IMG/VR virus record: IMGVR_UViG_3300037466_003757
Coordinates: 1 to 54,679 of that record
Source of the DNA: a virus
Taxonomy: Duplodnaviria; Heunggongvirae; Uroviricota; Caudoviricetes
Strand: one strand, 5' to 3'
DNA length: 54,679 nucleotides
The notes beneath the pieces are model-generated. The model worked only from the letters and a program-made list of their open reading frames with translations, had not been told where the DNA came from and searched no databases. Every line of letters begins with the position of its first letter. Positions within the stretch are counted from its first letter, which is position 1. The translations under genes were made by a program, and so were the position numbers. Positions 51,344 to 54,679 of this stretch are shown here, piece by piece.

Positions 51344-51603
51344 GCTCGCATCGCTTTCATCGCTACTTCGGGTGTCACACTTTCGCCGTCATCGAACGTA
51401 TTCCACACACTCGGATCGAGTTTCTGAAGCAATCCCATACTCGGGTCGGAAACCCAACCGGGACGCTCACCCCATCTCATCTCGCGAGAGATGCGTGCCA
51501 TTCGCTCGATGCGCGCCTTCAAATCCGCCTCGATCGGATCCGCCGCGATCTCATCGTAGATCCATGCCTTATCGGCTTCGCTCATGTCCTCGTCCATGCT
51601 CAT
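51340..51603 (-). CDS. Small hypothetical protein
   Basis: 87 aa, ATGA overlaps at both ends. Confidence 0.65.
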   Translation of the reverse strand: MSMDEDMSEADKAWIYDEIAADPIEADLKARIERMARISREMRWGERPGWVSDPSMGLLQKLDPSVWNTFDDGESVTPEVAMKAMRA

Positions 51604-52676
51604 TCCTCGTCCTTTCCGTGTCGTTTTTCACTCTCCGGCATCCACAACAGCACGCACCGGCAGTTGATGCGGTTCTCCGGCAACGTGTCCGGATCACCCG
51701 GCCACATGATCGGTCCGAGCTCGCTCTTGAACGGCTCGCCCGCCAACACTTGCTGACCGTCGAGTATCAGATGTGCGTGCCGGGTACGGCTGTCATGGAC
51801 GGCCACCCATTGTTTCAGCAGACGCACACCTTCGCCCAGGGCTATCCTGGCCGCGACGTCCTGTGCAGAGAACAACGTATGCCGTGAAACGGCCCGAGCC
51901 ATGCGGGCAGCGACAGTGTCGAGTGCGCGGTCACCCGTCGGATCCACACCCTCACCTCGGGCGTAGTCAGTCACAGCTCCAGCCGGTGTCATGCTCGGGT
52001 ACTCGACAAGCCGTTTCGGCGTACCGCGGTCCCAGCGTGGCAACGCCGCTCCGTCTCGCTCACCACGCTCCCCACCACCGAACTCCGGCAAGCGATTCTC
52101 CTCGCTCACCTTCTGCGGCTTGTCACCCTTCACGATGCGCAACGCCTCCCGCACGGCGTCGCTCACATCGCTGTCCCCCACGTCCACCGCATTCCGGTCC
52201 CGCCCCCCGCCGCTCGACTCTCCACCGTCATCCACCCTCCGTGCGAGCGCTCCCTCCACCGTACCCTGTACCCAGTCCCGCACCCCCTCGACAATCTTCT
52301 CCGTGACCGTGTCCGCCAACCCCAACTCGCTCGCTCGATCCCGAACCACATCAGCGTTCGAGCGCCCACCCTTTTCGCCGCTCAACTGTCCCAGCCCGGT
52401 CACCGGTCGCATTCGCACAAAGCCGCTCAAAGCGAGTCCCCGCACCAGCAACCGCAGCGCTTCCCACGCCGCCCCAGCCGTCTCACTCCCCACTCGAGCC
52501 GGCGCTCCCATGACCCACCCGGCAGCCTTCGCAGCCTCCCAGACGAGCAAAGCCTTGATCACCGAACTTATCCCAGATTCAGCATTCTCCGCCATATCCA
52601 ACTGTGCAGCAGCATCTTCAGCGCCACCGAAGTCTTCTGCAATCTGAGCGTTTGTTTGATTCTCGGGTTGTGTCAT
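51600..52676 (-). CDS. MuF-like (phage head morphogenesis) domain protein
   Basis: KQWVAVHDSRTRHAH..LDGQ...EPF...WPGDP......INCRC. Confidence 0.8.
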   Translation of the reverse strand: MTQPENQTNAQIAEDFGGAEDAAAQLDMAENAESGISSVIKALLVWEAAKAAGWVMGAPARVGSETAGAAWEALRLLVRGLALSGFVRMRPVTGLGQLSGEKGGRSNADVVRDRASELGLADTVTEKIVEGVRDWVQGTVEGALARRVDDGGESSGGGRDRNAVDVGDSDVSDAVREALRIVKGDKPQKVSEENRLPEFGGGERGERDGAALPRWDRGTPKRLVEYPSMTPAGAVTDYARGEGVDPTGDRALDTVAARMARAVSRHTLFSAQDVAARIALGEGVRLLKQWVAVHDSRTRHAHLILDGQQVLAGEPFKSELGPIMWPGDPDTLPENRINCRCVLLWMPESEKRHGKDEE

Positions 52677-52697
52677 CCCGTCCTCCGATGTCCAAAG

Positions 52698-53000
52698 TTA
52701 TAACACGTTCTACCGTGATTGTGGTGTGACTTCTGGTGTGACTTTGTGGTGTGACGTTTGTGGTGTGACGTCACACCACACGAACGAAAAAACGAAAAAT
52801 CCCTATATAGGTTAAAAAAAAATCTTCTTCTTCTTCTTCTTAAATACGACGTCAAACCCGATTTTCGTATGGTATCACGTTCGGTTCGTTTCGTATACTT
52901 TACCCCATTTTTTACGTCACACCACGATTTCGTCACAGTACAAGTCACACCACAATTCACGTCACACCACAATTTTGCGCATCAATTTTTATAACACGTT
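52698..53000. repeat. Iteron-like array, putative replication origin
   Basis: GTGGTGTGAC x4 then inverted GTCACACCAC x4-5, AT-rich core, flanking TTATAACACGTT direct repeats. Confidence 0.65.
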
Positions 53001-54677
53001 TCAATTTGATTGACCCCGCTTTTTGGCGATCTGAACTTTCACCATCTTCACTCGCCGTTTCTCCGATTCCACCTCGATGTTGGAATCATCCCGTTCGATG
53101 GCGAAGTTCTTGATCTCTCCGGAATCCTTCATCTCTTCGAGCGTAATCGGAATGTATCGTCGGTGCTCCTGATTGATCGTCCGGAAACTGATCTGCATCC
53201 AGCCATCGGGCAACGGACGGTCCTTACGTCCACCGCCTCCCGCCGCGATCGACTCCCGGATCTTCGACCGTACGACCTTGATCACGTTCGACGCCACCGA
53301 ACCCTTCCGTGCGAGATCGCGCAGATTCTGTCGATTACCGTCACGAATGTCCCTTTCGTCTTCATCGGCAGCAGCTTGCGCCATCACGGTCGCGCGCGCT
53401 TCGCGATGTTTGATCATGAGGACCTCGGCCCACCGCCAGTGCTCCTCCGTGAAACCGACCTCGCCGCCGCATCCCTCGAACGAATGCAGATACGCGAGCG
53501 CGAGAGCGACCGACATCTTGATCAAGCCCTCGTGACGGTCCAGCGGATTGTATTCCTCCGGGAACGTGCGACGTCCGTGCATCTCGACGCGTGCCTCACG
53601 TGCGACGTGTTCCGGCATTTTCACGCCGATCTGCGGACGGTCCGCCATGATCTCCTCGCGGATCTGCAACTCGCGATCCACGGTCATGCCCGGAATACCG
53701 GGCAGCATGAGTGACTCGATCGTGCCGTGGTCCTCCACGAGACCCTCGAAGTCCACATACTCATCGAACGACTTCTCACCCGTTTTACCGGAAACATCGA
53801 TCAGAAAACATCGCTGCGGCAAACCGGTACCGGCGTGATCCATCAACACCTTGAGATTGGACGGCTGAATACCGATGAGCACTCCCGCCGTGTACCGGCA
53901 CGGTTCCACGACACCGTTGTACTTCTCGTCCATCGAGTCGCCGCCGAGACGTTCCTGCGAGAAAATGTGAATCAACGACATCGCAATCTCGCCGTTACCC
54001 TTGTTGATGTCCTTGATCTCGGCGAAGTCGAAGACCGCGGTCTGCCACAATTGCCGATATGCGGGACCCGGATCCTGCAGCAACATGAGATTGTTCGCCG
54101 CCGCTGCCGCAGATGTGACCGATCCCGTCGCGCCCGTCCCCGCGCCCGCGTTCGCCGCACCGGCAGCAGAACCAGTCTTGGACGGTGTCAACATCTGCAC
54201 GATGTCTTCGCGACCGTAGAATTTCGCCTCGTCCAGAAGTGTCGTTTTGTCCTTGCAATACGCCTTGATGAACGACGCGCCCGATTTCGGTTGCTTACGA
54301 CGCGGTTCGAACAACGTCTGCGGCCATTTGAACGCATCGATTCCGGCGTCCGTATTCAATCCTTTAGACGCGCCGGAGATACCGAGAAGACCGGCGATGA
54401 AACTCACCGAACCGCGGCGGCCCAATTCCGGACACAAAGCCCATCGTGGGGGAATCCGCGCGATAGCCTCCACCATCGCTACGACCAGTGTCGCCCACGG
54501 ATCCGCGTCGCGCGACATCGCAAACCGGTACACGTGTGTGAGAACGGGAGACGCCTCCCAGAACCGCTTTTCCATCGTCTTGGTGAGACGTATCGATCGG
54601 ACCTGCTTGAGTTCCTGTCGCAACGCCCGTGCTTCGGCGCGTCGCTGCGCCCTGACTTCTTCCGACGCGAATCCCGC
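53001..54677 (-). CDS. Primase-associated helicase-like protein (5' end beyond window)
   Basis: Frame open to the window edge; degenerate P-loop GISGASKG; DUF3987-like pattern; low certainty on activity. Confidence 0.6.
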   Translation of the reverse strand, partial: AGFASEEVRAQRRAEARALRQELKQVRSIRLTKTMEKRFWEASPVLTHVYRFAMSRDADPWATLVVAMVEAIARIPPRWALCPELGRRGSVSFIAGLLGISGASKGLNTDAGIDAFKWPQTLFEPRRKQPKSGASFIKAYCKDKTTLLDEAKFYGREDIVQMLTPSKTGSAAGAANAGAGTGATGSVTSAAAAANNLMLLQDPGPAYRQLWQTAVFDFAEIKDINKGNGEIAMSLIHIFSQERLGGDSMDEKYNGVVEPCRYTAGVLIGIQPSNLKVLMDHAGTGLPQRCFLIDVSGKTGEKSFDEYVDFEGLVEDHGTIESLMLPGIPGMTVDRELQIREEIMADRPQIGVKMPEHVAREARVEMHGRRTFPEEYNPLDRHEGLIKMSVALALAYLHSFEGCGGEVGFTEEHWRWAEVLMIKHREARATVMAQAAADEDERDIRDGNRQNLRDLARKGSVASNVIKVVRSKIRESIAAGGGGRKDRPLPDGWMQISFRTINQEHRRYIPITLEEMKDSGEIKNFAIERDDSNIEVESEKRRVKMVKVQIAKKRGQSN

Positions 54678-54679
54678 AT

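Noticed and set aside
1-54679. Integrase, repressor, transposase, homing endonuclease
   Set aside because: No supporting motifs found; lifestyle cannot be inferred from this window

Overview
Segment of a tailed (siphovirus-type) actinobacteriophage genome; host genus cannot be fixed from sequence alone. Left half (1-30338, minus strand) is a virion operon whose gene order and motifs recall mycobacteriophage cluster-B-like phages: DUF1360 protein, portal, a 1657-aa multi-enzyme protein, a 1281-aa repeat-rich protein, prohead protease, major capsid (hexamer), pentamer-type capsid protein, major tail, head-tail connectors, two secreted serine proteases, frameshifting tail assembly chaperones and a tape measure that runs off the left edge. 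The middle (30400-45270, mostly plus strand) holds about 35 small accessory genes (SLOG, cyclic-phosphate receiver, HAD, ATP-grasp, Zn-finger proteins) driven by a family of TTTAC-N17-TAnnAT promoters. 46185-50900 is an array of promoter-gene-terminator cassettes, five of them apparently leaderless. The right end carries a displaced MuF-like gene, an iteron-like putative origin and a 5'-truncated helicase-like gene. No terminase, integrase, tRNA or CRISPR array was recognised. All functional calls come from motifs read by eye; no database search was run. Several start codons were moved from the ORF track to the start with the better ribosome-binding site.
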